From Bacilli bacterium (GTDB lineage Bacteria > Bacillota_I > Bacilli_A > RFN20 > CAG-826), in NCBI GenBank assembly GCA_045113315.1, contig JBGUIX010000010.1, forward strand, positions 3,248-67,247: a DNA stretch of 64,000 bases, written 5' to 3'. The notes beneath the pieces were generated by a model. It was not told the origin of the DNA, made no database searches, and saw only the letters and a list, made by a program, of their open reading frames with translations. Below are positions 1 to 9,640 of the stretch, piece after piece. Within the stretch, counting starts at the first letter, position 1. Each line of letters opens with the position of its first letter. Made by a program: the position numbers and the translations under genes.

Positions 1-62
1 TTCTGCTTTTGCCAGCCTTGATAATTCGTACCTTTATAGGATACTTGACATAGTAATCTCAT
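1..62 (-). CDS. truA: tRNA pseudouridine synthase A, 5' end only (gene runs off the window start)
   Basis: The reverse complement of 1-62 reads MRLLCQVSYKGTNYQGWQKQ, which resembles the TruA N-terminus (Y-x-G-T-x-Y-x-G-W-Q). It follows ecfT, as in the usual Firmicutes ecfA-ecfA-ecfT-truA order. Confidence 0.55.
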   Translation of the reverse strand, partial: MRLLCQVSYKGTNYQGWQKQ

Positions 63-74
63 CTCAAAAACCCC

Positions 75-956
75 CTAAAATCCCAGGTTAACGTGGAAAA
101 ATAACGCAAATAAATCTAAACTTTCTACATTTAAATCATAAATGAATAGATATAGGATTCCACCGAATACCGCGCCACCAAAAACAAAGGCGATGATGTC
201 TCTATATGTGAATGATAATTTACGATATCTAGTTCTTTTACCTTTTGGATCATAACCTCTAGCTTCCATCGCATCAGAAAGTTCTTCACTTCTTTGAATT
301 GCAGATACAAATAGAGGAATAATTAAAGATATAACTGCTCTAAAGCGCTTAAAGAGATTTCCTCTATTAAAATCGACACCACGAGAAGCTTGAGCTTTCA
401 TAATTCGGTCCGTTTCATCTAATAAAGTCGGTATAAATCTTAAAGCAATTGATAAAGTCATGGCGATTTCGTGAACCGGGAATCTAATTAACTTTAATGG
501 ATACATATACCATTCAAAAGCATAGGTTAAATCCATCGGTTTAGTGCTAGAAGTTAAAACCATGGTTAAAGAAATCATCAAAACCAGTCTTAAAATGATA
601 TAACCAGCTTGATAAAAGGAATCCCAATATATCGCATAATGATCATTAAAACGATAACATACCATCGTATAGGAGTTATTCGGAATAAATACATATATCG
701 CTAATATGAAGATGACCATGAACCACATGGATTTCATACTTTTGAATAAATCTAGGAAACTAATTCTAGTAAGAATCATTAATATAATTAATAAGATTAA
801 CATTCCTGCACTTAAAAGAAGTGTTGTGGACCATAAAGTAAACTTTAAGAAAATGGCCACCATTAAAAGAATAAGAATTAAAATCTTATTTCTTGGATCA
901 AGTTTATGAACAAAGGTGTTATAAGGCGTATAACGCCCAAAAGTGACGTTATTCAT
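75..956 (-). CDS. ecfT: ECF transporter transmembrane (T) component
   Basis: 293-aa polytopic protein with the two C-terminal A-R-G coupling motifs (QASRGVDF, MEARGYD). It overlaps ecfA2 by 8 nt. Confidence 0.9.
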   Translation of the reverse strand: MNNVTFGRYTPYNTFVHKLDPRNKILILILLMVAIFLKFTLWSTTLLLSAGMLILLIILMILTRISFLDLFKSMKSMWFMVIFILAIYVFIPNNSYTMVCYRFNDHYAIYWDSFYQAGYIILRLVLMISLTMVLTSSTKPMDLTYAFEWYMYPLKLIRFPVHEIAMTLSIALRFIPTLLDETDRIMKAQASRGVDFNRGNLFKRFRAVISLIIPLFVSAIQRSEELSDAMEARGYDPKGKRTRYRKLSFTYRDIIAFVFGGAVFGGILYLFIYDLNVESLDLFALFFHVNLGF

Positions 957-1806
957 CCTTATATCCCTTTCTAGTAATTTGATTTACTAAATCATCAACA
1001 TATTTGATACTTTGAATATCAATATTTGCCCCTCTATCCTTAAGTAGCTTAGCTAATTTATATAAAGGAGGGATTTCAATCGCTGAAGATTCATTTATTT
1101 GATCGAATAATAAATCAGGAGTTCCTTGATACACTAATTTGCCATCTTTTAATAAGAATACTAAATTACAGTATTCCATTACTAATTCCATATCATGGGT
1201 GACAACAATAATGGTTTTACCATCATCATGCATCTTTTTGACTAAAGACATGATATCTTCAGTTCCTTTAACATCTAATCCAGCGGTGGGTTCATCAAGA
1301 ACTAAGATATCTGGGTTCAACGCTAAGATACCCGCAATAGCGACTCTTCTTTTTTCTCCACCCGATAATTCAAATGGAGATTTTTGATAGAATTTAGGAC
1401 CTAATCCAACTGATTCAAGGGCTTTATGCGCTTCTTTTAATGCATCTTGCTCTTTATAACCGAAGTTTTTTAAACCAAAAGCGACATCCTTTTCCACAGT
1501 CTCTTCAAATAATTGATATTCAGGGAATTGAAAAACAATACTTAAGTGTTTTCTTAAACCTTTGATGTTTTTATTTTTACGTTTATTACTAGTCACCACA
1601 AAGTCATCGACATGGACTTCACCACTTGTGGGTAATAATAAAGCATTTAATGTTTGGATTAAGGTTGATTTACCTGAACCAGTTCTACCAATAAAAGCCG
1701 CAAAAGAATTATTTGGTATTTCTAAAGAAACACCTTTTAAAGCTTCACTTGAGTTAGGCGTTTTACGTAAATATGTATAGAAGAGATTTTCTATCTTGAT
1801 GGACAT
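949..1806 (-). CDS. ecfA2: ECF transporter ATPase A2
   Basis: Walker A GRTGSGKST, signature LSGGEKRR, Walker B ILVLDEPTAGLD. I set the start at ATG 1806 (MSIKIENL) because GGAGG lies 4 nt upstream; the tracked ORF start at 1839 has no RBS. Confidence 0.9.
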   Translation of the reverse strand: MSIKIENLFYTYLRKTPNSSEALKGVSLEIPNNSFAAFIGRTGSGKSTLIQTLNALLLPTSGEVHVDDFVVTSNKRKNKNIKGLRKHLSIVFQFPEYQLFEETVEKDVAFGLKNFGYKEQDALKEAHKALESVGLGPKFYQKSPFELSGGEKRRVAIAGILALNPDILVLDEPTAGLDVKGTEDIMSLVKKMHDDGKTIIVVTHDMELVMEYCNLVFLLKDGKLVYQGTPDLLFDQINESSAIEIPPLYKLAKLLKDRGANIDIQSIKYVDDLVNQITRKGYKDE

Positions 1807-2612
1807 AAAACCTCCGCTATTTCTTCTAAAGAAGAACACTTATTAATATCTATGCCTTTTTCTGAAAGTTTTTCTTTTAAATCCAAAATAAAGGGCATGC
1901 CTAAATGAAGTGACTCTAAGGCAGTTCTATTAGAAAAAACTTCTTCCGGTTTTCCTTTAAACGCTACTTCACCTTTATTAATAACAATCACTTCATCACT
2001 TAAGAATGCTTCTTCGACATCATGGGTAATAGATAAAACTGTTAAGGAAGGATTTTCTTTTTTCATCTCGAAAACAAGATTCTTAATATCACTTTTACCT
2101 TTCGGATCAAGCATCGATGTTGCTTCATCTAAAATTAAGATTTCTGGGGCTAAAGCTAAAGCGGAAGCAATGGCCACTCTTTGCTTTTGACCACCTGATA
2201 AACGAGATGGTTCTTTATCTAAAAATTCGTTCATTCCCACGCGTTTTGCATAGTTTTTGACGATTTCTTGCATTCTTTGACGTTCGATTTGTTTGTTCTC
2301 TAAACCGAACGCAATATCATCTTCAACCGTCGCACCAATGAACTGATTGTCTGGATTTTGGAATACTAAACCAATCTTCTTTCTAATATTACGGATAGTT
2401 TTATATGTGACTAATTCATTATCGATAGTTATATTTCCCTCAGTTGGGGCGATAAGTCCGATAAGTAATCTCGCTAATGTCGATTTACCAGATCCATTAT
2501 GGCCAACGATGGAAACATAAGACCCTTCTTTGACGTTAAAAGAAACATGTTTTAACACTGGTTCTTGATTATTATATGAAAAACTTATGTTTTTAACTTC
2601 AATCTTATTCAT
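1791..2612 (-). CDS. ecfA1: ECF transporter ATPase A1
   Basis: Walker A GHNGSGKST, signature LSGGQKQR, Walker B ILILDEATSMLD. Confidence 0.9.
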   Translation of the reverse strand: MNKIEVKNISFSYNNQEPVLKHVSFNVKEGSYVSIVGHNGSGKSTLARLLIGLIAPTEGNITIDNELVTYKTIRNIRKKIGLVFQNPDNQFIGATVEDDIAFGLENKQIERQRMQEIVKNYAKRVGMNEFLDKEPSRLSGGQKQRVAIASALALAPEILILDEATSMLDPKGKSDIKNLVFEMKKENPSLTVLSITHDVEEAFLSDEVIVINKGEVAFKGKPEEVFSNRTALESLHLGMPFILDLKEKLSEKGIDINKCSSLEEIAEVLCPSR

Positions 2613-2664
2613 GGACGTTATTATATCACAGCTTTTAAGCTAAAAGACAATAACGTATGATAGG

Positions 2665-3228
2665 TCATTTCATCAACCGACGTAACTTACTAACTGCATT
2701 TTGAAATAAGTAATAGACTGTGGAGCGAGATTTACGCATCTCTTTGGCAATTTCTTTAAATTCATATCCTTCAAGAAACAAGGATACAATTCGATACTCC
2801 TGATAGGAAAATTGATTAGAATGTCGCATGGTATTTAATATTGAACTAGTCAGATTCTCTTCTTTGAAATAAGTATCGCTAAAACTAGAATCGTGAACTT
2901 TGATGTTATCAAAATTAAATGAATCATCAATTCTTATTGTGGCCACATCTAAAACCGCTAGCTTTCGATGGCTTCTTACGAATTTAGAAATCTTATTGAT
3001 CGCGATTAATCTCCAATATGAATAGAAACTATTCGGACCACTAGTATATCTTTCCATCGCTACTAGAGTGGCTTCATAAGCTACAGACATGTAATCTTCT
3101 ACAGAAAAACTTAAATGTTCATAGATATCTTTTGATTCATTAGCGAGTTTCCATGCAAATTTACGATATCTTTCTAAAAGAAGATTTCTTGCTCTATCAT
3201 CTCCATTACGTATTTCATCAAGTAGCAT
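2665..3228 (-). CDS. Alternative sigma-70 family sigma factor, SigH-like by position
   Basis: 187 aa with a region-2-like N-terminal half and a C-terminal HTH (EIAKEMRKSRSTVYYLFQNAVSKLRR). Its location after cysS-rlmB mirrors the Bacillus cysS-...-rlmB-...-sigH order. Confidence 0.65.
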   Translation of the reverse strand: MLLDEIRNGDDRARNLLLERYRKFAWKLANESKDIYEHLSFSVEDYMSVAYEATLVAMERYTSGPNSFYSYWRLIAINKISKFVRSHRKLAVLDVATIRIDDSFNFDNIKVHDSSFSDTYFKEENLTSSILNTMRHSNQFSYQEYRIVSLFLEGYEFKEIAKEMRKSRSTVYYLFQNAVSKLRRLMK

Positions 3229-3254
3229 ATCATCAGTTGGATATGTTCTATCCG

Positions 3255-3296
3255 AAATAAAAAAATTCCCCCTTTCTTTATAATTTAGGAGGAATT
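3255..3296 (-). terminator. Rho-independent terminator after rlmB, immediately upstream of the sigma factor gene
   Basis: Minus-strand RNA reads AAUUCCUCCU-13 nt loop-AGGGGGAAUU, a 10-bp stem with one G-U pair, followed by UUUUUAUUU. Confidence 0.65.
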
Positions 3297-3308
3297 TAAA
3301 TTAATAAT

Positions 3309-4028
3309 TTAATATTTTTCTCTTATCTGCGACATTAATATGCCTGCAGCAACAGATGCATTTAATGAATTAACATGCCCATATTGAGGGATTTTTACTA
3401 TGTAATCAGAATTAGACAAAACTAATTTAGAAACACCTTGTCCTTCACTACCAATAATAAGAACAGTTTTAAAATCATAATCTAAGTCTTGATAATTAAT
3501 TGTTCCAGAACCATCGGTAGAAACAATCCAAAATCCTTCTTCTTTTAGTTTAGAGATGGTCTGATTCAAATTGCCAATAAGCGCAACAGGCACATAATTA
3601 ATCGCCCCTGCTGAAGTTTTGGCCACAGTAGCATTTAACGGAACTTGGTTATGTTTAGGAATTAATAAGCCAGTTGCTTTAAATACATCACAGCTTCTTA
3701 ATATAGCTCCTAAGTTATGTGGATCGTTAATTCCATCTAAAATAACGATAAGTGGTTTAGTTTCACTTTTTGCCAATTTTAAAATATGCTCCAAAGAAAC
3801 ATATTCGTATTCTTTAATAAATGCAATAATACCCTGATGAACTCCATCGCATAAAGAATCAAGCTCGTCATTGCTTTTAAAAGTAGTTTTCACGTTCTTT
3901 TCCTTAATGAGATCGAGTATTTCTTTATGTGAGAATTTAGGTGTTAAAAAGATTGACTTTACGCGGTTAGCATGTAAAGCTTCTTTAACTGAATTCCTCC
4001 CATAAATGACATTATTTTTCGTTTCCAT
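3309..4028 (-). CDS. rlmB: 23S rRNA 2'-O-methyltransferase, SpoU/TrmH family (RlmB-like)
   Basis: Motifs LDGINDPHNLGAILRS, LIIGSEGQGVS and IPQYGHVNSLNASVAAGI. The ATG at 4028 (METKNNVIYGRNSV) is preferred over the GTG at 4058. Confidence 0.8.
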   Translation of the reverse strand: METKNNVIYGRNSVKEALHANRVKSIFLTPKFSHKEILDLIKEKNVKTTFKSNDELDSLCDGVHQGIIAFIKEYEYVSLEHILKLAKSETKPLIVILDGINDPHNLGAILRSCDVFKATGLLIPKHNQVPLNATVAKTSAGAINYVPVALIGNLNQTISKLKEEGFWIVSTDGSGTINYQDLDYDFKTVLIIGSEGQGVSKLVLSNSDYIVKIPQYGHVNSLNASVAAGILMSQIREKY

Positions 4029-4084
4029 TATTAAACTACTTTCTTTATTTAAAATCACTATAATTTTTATCTATATAATAGAGA

Positions 4085-5422
4085 TTACAAAATTCCTTTT
4101 TGTATTAAAATTTGACGAATTTCATCGCTTTTTGCAAAGTCTTTTGTCTGTTTTGCGGCTAAATAAGCATTTGCTAATTCTTCGATTTCTTTATCAAATT
4201 TAACATATGAAATATTTAACCCTAAAACTGAAAACATATCAGTGAGAGTTTTAAACTGATTGTTAAGTGTTACAAAATCAATTTCTCTACTTCTTAAAGT
4301 TAGATTACTTTCTTTAATTAATTTATAAACTTCGGTTAATGCGTTCGCGGTATTAAGATCATCCGCTAAAGAGGTGATAAATTGATCAATATAAACAGGT
4401 TTACCTTCATCTAAATTAATATGATTAATCTGTAAGGTGTAAGCCATTTGTTTATAAGCCACTTGCATCTTATTAACTTCTTGCATCGCCGCGTTCACTG
4501 TTTCATCAGTAAAATTCACAGGTTGACGATAATGGGCGTTCAAAATCACTAATCTAGTGACCGCTCCGCCATATTTTTCAATCATGTCTTTGGCGTAGAC
4601 AACATTGCCTAATGATTTGGACATCTTTTCATTACCAAAATTGATGAATGCATTATGCATCCAATAATTAGCAATTTTATTATGATGCATCGCTTCAGCT
4701 TGAGCGATTTCATTTTCATGATGCGGGAATTTTAAATCATATCCACCGCCATGAATATCGATAAAATGATTTGGGAAGATAGAATCAATCATCACTGTAC
4801 ATTCAGTATGCCAGCCTGGACGACCTTTTCCCCATGGGGAATCCCATCTCACACCAGTATCGGTTTTCTTCCATAAAGCGAAATCTAAAGGAGATTCTTT
4901 TTTAGAATTTTCTTCGATTCTAGCGCCCACAATTAAATCTTCGACGTTAATTCCGGATAAAGTTCCATAATCTTTGATTTTAGGAACACGGAAATAAACA
5001 TCTCCATCTACAACATAAGCGGCATCAAGTTTAACTAAAGCATCAATATATTCGATAATTTTATCAATATATTCAGTCACTTTTGGTGTGATGTTTGGTT
5101 TTTCACTACCAATCGCGTTTGTGACCTTTAAAAATTCTTTTATATAAAATTCTGTTAATTCCTTTTCACTTTTTCCTTCTTTTTGAGCTTCCTTGATGAT
5201 TTTATCATCGACATCGGTAAAATTACTGACGTAAGTAACTTTGTAGCCTACGTAGCGTAAAAAGCGTCTTAAAGTATCGAAGACCACAACTGGTCTCATA
5301 TTTCCAATATGAGGATAGTTATAAACAGTTGGTCCACAAACATACATGGACACTTCACCATCTTTAATTGGTTTAAATTCTTCAAGTTTATTGGTTAAGG
5401 AATTGTAGAATACTATTTTCAT
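4085..5422 (-). CDS. cysS: Cysteine--tRNA ligase
   Basis: Class I motifs HIGN (PHIGNMRP) and KMSKS (EKMSKSLGN). ATG at 5422; the tracked start at 5428 is TTG. Confidence 0.95.
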   Translation of the reverse strand: MKIVFYNSLTNKLEEFKPIKDGEVSMYVCGPTVYNYPHIGNMRPVVVFDTLRRFLRYVGYKVTYVSNFTDVDDKIIKEAQKEGKSEKELTEFYIKEFLKVTNAIGSEKPNITPKVTEYIDKIIEYIDALVKLDAAYVVDGDVYFRVPKIKDYGTLSGINVEDLIVGARIEENSKKESPLDFALWKKTDTGVRWDSPWGKGRPGWHTECTVMIDSIFPNHFIDIHGGGYDLKFPHHENEIAQAEAMHHNKIANYWMHNAFINFGNEKMSKSLGNVVYAKDMIEKYGGAVTRLVILNAHYRQPVNFTDETVNAAMQEVNKMQVAYKQMAYTLQINHINLDEGKPVYIDQFITSLADDLNTANALTEVYKLIKESNLTLRSREIDFVTLNNQFKTLTDMFSVLGLNISYVKFDKEIEELANAYLAAKQTKDFAKSDEIRQILIQKGIL

Positions 5423-5433
5423 AAGCAAGTAGA

Positions 5434-5454
5434 GGGGGCGATTTTACCGCCCCC
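5434..5454 (-). terminator. GC-only hairpin between hydA and cysS (possible weak terminator or attenuator)
   Basis: GGGGGCG-7 nt loop-CGCCCCC, a perfect 7-bp stem. On the minus-strand RNA it is followed by UCUACUUGCUU and then the cysS AUG, so the U-tract is poor. Confidence 0.35.
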
Positions 5455-5460
5455 ATAAAA

Positions 5461-7212
5461 TTAATCAGGATATTTTTCTCTCTTAGAATTGTAGTGAGTG
5501 TGTAATAATTCTTCACTTAATTCTGATAGAGGTTCACCAAGGAATTCCTTATATAATTTTTGAATATCCTTGTTATTGTGAGATTGTCTAATAACTTGTC
5601 TTTCATCTTCGCTATATAAGACACTCGCACGTTTTTGACGATAAGTATCTAAGATATCATCATCTTCATTTGGTAATAAGGATGGTTGAACATATGGTTG
5701 ACCACCACCGTTAATACATCCACCTGGGCAGCCCATAATTTCGATAAAGGCATATGGAGATTTACCTTCTTTAACTTCTTGGACTAATTTAGAAGCGTTC
5801 TTCATACCAGAAGCGATCGCTACTTTAATACCAAGTTCTTTAATTTCGGCTTCTCTAACACCTTCTAAACCACGGACATTTTCAAATACGATTTTATCGT
5901 ATTCTTTACCAGTTAAGACGAAGTAAGCAGTTCTTAAAGCCGCTTCCATAACACCACCGGTAACACCGAAGATAACACCAGCGCCAGAATAATCACCTAA
6001 TAAGTCAGCATCAAATTCTTCTTCTGGTAATTTTTGCCAGTTAATACCGGAACGTTTGATCATCTTAGCTAATTCACGTGTGGTTAAAACAGCGTCGACA
6101 TCGTGATCCATTTCTGGACGTTGTCTTTCATATTTTTTCGCTGTACAAGGCATAATGGAAACCACAAAAATATCTTTAGGATCTAAATCATGTTTCTTTG
6201 CGAAATAAGATTTAATAATCGCACCCATCATCATATGTGGTGATTTACATGTTGAGATATGTGGGATGATTTCTGGATAGAAATATTCCATATAGTTAAT
6301 CCAACCTGGTGAACAGGATGTGATTTGTGGTAATACACCTTTATTCTTAATTCTATGAATTAATTCATAGCCTTCTTCCATGATGGTTAAGTCCGCACCG
6401 AAGTTTGTGTCAAAGACACGATAGAAACCTAAACGGTGTAAAGCGGCAACCATTTTACCAGTACCAGGAGTGCCAATCTTTTCGCCGAATTCTTCAGCGA
6501 TAGCAGCTCTGACAGCAGGAGCGGTTTGAACAATAACTTTCTTACCACTTCTAAAGGCTTCATCAACCTTTTCAATTTCACTATGCTCCATTAACGCACC
6601 GACAGGACAGACGTTAACGCATTGTCCACATTGCATACATGGGACATTAGCAAAGCTTCTATTTTGGACAGGACCAACAATGGTCTTAAAGCCACGATTT
6701 TCAAAACCTAAGATAGAAATACCTTGGGCTTCTTTACATCTTTCAATACATCTACCGCATAAAATACATTTTGCAGTATTTCTAATGATGCCAGGAGCGA
6801 CTTCGTCATAAGTCTTTTCTGTGGTTTGACCAACATATTTACCTTCTCTAGCACCGACCATTTCAGCGACATGTAATAATTCGCAGTGTCCATTTTTTGG
6901 ACATTGTAAGCAGTTTTTCTCGTGATTAGAGAGGATTAATTCCACACTAGCTCTACGAGCTTCTACTGCTTTTGGTGAAGAAATAGAGATTTCCATTCCT
7001 TCATTAACTGGATAAACGCATGAGGCGCATAATCCACGAGCGCCTTTGACTTCCACTAAACAAACACGGCAGCTTGCTCTAGAGCATTTACCATGATTGA
7101 AAGCACATAAGGAAGGGATTTCATAGCCGCATTTACGGCATGCTTCTAAGACGGTCAAAGAATTATCAACTTGATAATCGCGACCTTCGATTTTGATATT
7201 TACTAAAGCCAT
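5461..7212 (-). CDS. hydA: [FeFe] hydrogenase catalytic subunit (HydA/HndD type)
   Basis: N-terminal 2Fe-2S and multiple 4Fe-4S Cys clusters. H-cluster motifs MPCTAKKYE and EIMGCPGGCINGGGQP are present; the first motif reads TSCSPGW. A C-terminal small-subunit-like tail is present. RBS GGAGG. Confidence 0.9.
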   Translation of the reverse strand: MALVNIKIEGRDYQVDNSLTVLEACRKCGYEIPSLCAFNHGKCSRASCRVCLVEVKGARGLCASCVYPVNEGMEISISSPKAVEARRASVELILSNHEKNCLQCPKNGHCELLHVAEMVGAREGKYVGQTTEKTYDEVAPGIIRNTAKCILCGRCIERCKEAQGISILGFENRGFKTIVGPVQNRSFANVPCMQCGQCVNVCPVGALMEHSEIEKVDEAFRSGKKVIVQTAPAVRAAIAEEFGEKIGTPGTGKMVAALHRLGFYRVFDTNFGADLTIMEEGYELIHRIKNKGVLPQITSCSPGWINYMEYFYPEIIPHISTCKSPHMMMGAIIKSYFAKKHDLDPKDIFVVSIMPCTAKKYERQRPEMDHDVDAVLTTRELAKMIKRSGINWQKLPEEEFDADLLGDYSGAGVIFGVTGGVMEAALRTAYFVLTGKEYDKIVFENVRGLEGVREAEIKELGIKVAIASGMKNASKLVQEVKEGKSPYAFIEIMGCPGGCINGGGQPYVQPSLLPNEDDDILDTYRQKRASVLYSEDERQVIRQSHNNKDIQKLYKEFLGEPLSELSEELLHTHYNSKREKYPD

Positions 7213-7224
7213 AATCTTTCCTCC

Positions 7225-9114
7225 TTATCTTTTAACAATCGCGCCGAATTTACATCCAGCCATACAGCTACCACATTTCACACACTTATTTGGATCGATG
7301 TGATGAACAAATTTATTTGGAATTTTAGCTGGTTGATCAGTAGGTGTAATACAACCAACTGGGCAGTTTCTTGCACATAATGTACAACCCATACATTTTT
7401 CTGGAAGAATATAGTATTCCATCATGTTTTTGCAAACATGAGCAGGACATTTATGATCCCTAACATGAGCTTCATATTCTTCTGGGAAAGCTTTCATCGT
7501 GGAAAGAATTGGGTTAGTTGCGGTTTGGCCTAAAGCACATAAGGAGTTAGATTGAATGAATTTCGCTAATTCTTTCAAATCTTCTAAATCCTTTTCTTCA
7601 CCTTTACCATCGCAGATCTTGGTTAAGATATCTAAACATCTTCTGGTACCAATACGACATGGAGAGCATTTACCACATGATTCATCGCAGATAAATGTCA
7701 TATAGAATTTAGCGACGTCCACCATACAGTTATCTTCATCCATAACAATGGCACCACCAGAGCCCATCATACTTCCAGCGGCTATTAAGCTACCAAAGTC
7801 GATTGGTGTATCTAAGTCTTTTTCGGTTAAGCATCCACCAGATGGACCGCCTGTTTGAATGGCTTTGAATTTCTTACCACCAGGGATACCGCCACCGATA
7901 TCATAGATTAATTGTCTTAAGGTAGTTCCCATAGGAACTTCAACTAAGCCAACGTTATTCACTTTGCCACCTAAAGCAAAGACTTTTGTACCTTTAGTGT
8001 CGTCTGTACCAATACTAGCAAATTTCTCCCATCCTTCTCTTAAGATGAATGGAACACAGGCTAAAGTTTCGACGTTATTAACGACAGATGGATGTCCCCA
8101 TAAACCTTTCACCGCTGGGAATGGAGGACGAGGACGTGGCATACCACGTTTACCTTCAATGGAATTGATTAAGGCAGTTTCTTCACCACATACGAAGGCG
8201 CCTGCACCTAATCTAATATGACAGCGGAATGAGAAGTCTGTACCTAAGATGTGATCACCTAAAATACCAATTTCTTCCAATTCTTTAATCGCTTTTGCTA
8301 AACGTTTAACAGCGATTGGATATTCGGCTCTGACGTAGAAATAACCATCATTGGCGCCAATCGCATAACCAGCGATCATCATACCTTCGATAACCGCACA
8401 TGGATTTCCTTCAATAATAGAACGATCCATGAAGGCTCCTGGGTCACCTTCGTCACCATTACAAATCATGTATTTTGGTTCGTCAGTGTCAGGAACAAAT
8501 GACCACTTTCTTCCTGTTGGGAAGCCAGCGCCACCTCTACCTCTTAATCCAGATTTTAAAACTTCATCGATGACTTCTTTTCTAGTCATATGTAAGGCTC
8601 TATTTAAGCCTTGGAAAGCACCGTTACCAATTGCTTCATCAATATCTTCTGGATTGATTTCACCATTACCATGTAAAGCGATATCTCTTCTTTGTAATTT
8701 ATAGAAGTTAATATCGTGTTGTTTTTGCACATGTTCTTTAGTTTGAGGATCAATAAATAATAATCTGGTGACAATTTCGTTATTTAAGATATCTTTCTCA
8801 AAGATTTCTTCCGCATCAGATGGTTTCACCTTTGTGTACAAGGTTTCTTCTGGGAAGATTTTGACGAATGGGCCTTGAGAACAGAAACCGAAACATCCAA
8901 CGATGTTAGCGGTCACTTTATCTTCTAAACCATTCTTTTTAATTAATTCTTGGAATTTTTCTAAGGTCACTTGGCTGTCCGCGGATAAACAACCGGTACC
9001 ACCACAGACGACGATCGCTTTATGACCGGGTTCACAGTGGAATTTCTTTTGTAAACAACTACCGCAGTGGTTAAATCTCTCTTGGAGTTCTTTTTCATTA
9101 TTAATACGATTCAT
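7225..9114 (-). CDS. hydB: Hydrogenase flavoprotein subunit, NuoF-like (HydB/HndC)
   Basis: N-terminal thioredoxin-like 2Fe-2S part. NuoF core with GAGAFVCGEETALINSIEG and GRGGAGFPTG. CGKCSPCR cluster, and a C-terminal 2x[4Fe-4S] ferredoxin domain (CMGCTLCARNCP, CVKCGSCMAGC). Confidence 0.9.
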   Translation of the reverse strand: MNRINNEKELQERFNHCGSCLQKKFHCEPGHKAIVVCGGTGCLSADSQVTLEKFQELIKKNGLEDKVTANIVGCFGFCSQGPFVKIFPEETLYTKVKPSDAEEIFEKDILNNEIVTRLLFIDPQTKEHVQKQHDINFYKLQRRDIALHGNGEINPEDIDEAIGNGAFQGLNRALHMTRKEVIDEVLKSGLRGRGGAGFPTGRKWSFVPDTDEPKYMICNGDEGDPGAFMDRSIIEGNPCAVIEGMMIAGYAIGANDGYFYVRAEYPIAVKRLAKAIKELEEIGILGDHILGTDFSFRCHIRLGAGAFVCGEETALINSIEGKRGMPRPRPPFPAVKGLWGHPSVVNNVETLACVPFILREGWEKFASIGTDDTKGTKVFALGGKVNNVGLVEVPMGTTLRQLIYDIGGGIPGGKKFKAIQTGGPSGGCLTEKDLDTPIDFGSLIAAGSMMGSGGAIVMDEDNCMVDVAKFYMTFICDESCGKCSPCRIGTRRCLDILTKICDGKGEEKDLEDLKELAKFIQSNSLCALGQTATNPILSTMKAFPEEYEAHVRDHKCPAHVCKNMMEYYILPEKCMGCTLCARNCPVGCITPTDQPAKIPNKFVHHIDPNKCVKCGSCMAGCKFGAIVKR

Positions 9115-9116
9115 AA

Positions 9117-9599
9117 TTAAGCCTCCTTAGCGCGATATTCTGCAATAATGTTTTTAACATTATCAACTTTCACTTGTGGATAAACTTTGCCGTTAATACT
9201 AACAGCGGGAGCGACCGCACAAGCACCAATACAACGCAAGACGTCAATTGTGAATAAGCCGTCTGGGGTTGTTTCGCCTGGTTTGATGTTTAATAGTTCC
9301 GCGAATTTATCGAGTACTAAATTGCTACCCTTAACATAGCAAGCAGTACCTAAACAGACACCGACAACATATTTGCCTTTAGGTGTCATAGAGAAGAAGG
9401 AATAAAATGTTACAACACCATAGATTTCACTAACTGGTACACCGGTTAATTTGCTGACTAATTCTTGAACTTCTAATGGAATATAACCATATTCTTTTTG
9501 AATGTCTTCAAGAATCATCATCGTCGATGTTGGTTCATCTTTATACCTTTCTACAATTTCTGTAATAAGTTTTACAGCTTGAGGTTGTAATTTTGCCAT
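9117..9599 (-). CDS. hydC: Hydrogenase 2Fe-2S subunit, NuoE-like (HydC/HndA)
   Basis: 160 aa with the NuoE-type pattern CLGTACYVKG ... LRCIGACAVAP. Tightly packed ahead of hydB. Confidence 0.9.
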   Translation of the reverse strand: MAKLQPQAVKLITEIVERYKDEPTSTMMILEDIQKEYGYIPLEVQELVSKLTGVPVSEIYGVVTFYSFFSMTPKGKYVVGVCLGTACYVKGSNLVLDKFAELLNIKPGETTPDGLFTIDVLRCIGACAVAPAVSINGKVYPQVKVDNVKNIIAEYRAKEA

Positions 9600-9625
9600 A
9601 ATAGCCTCCTACTTGGTTATTATTT

Positions 9626-9640
9626 CGTGAGTATATCACG
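9626..9640. promoter_or_regulatory. 15-bp palindrome CGTGA-N5-TCACG in the hydC/ldhA divergent region (candidate operator)
   Basis: The sequence is cgtgagtatatcacg. It lies 27 nt upstream of the hydC start and about 108 nt upstream of ldhA. Confidence 0.3.

Noticed and set aside
9626-9640. Interpreting the hydC/ldhA palindrome as a Rex or CRP/FNR site
   Set aside because: The half-site spacing is N5 (CGTGA-N5-TCACG). Rex needs 8 nt between GTGA and TCAC, and CRP needs N6. It is kept only as an unassigned palindrome.
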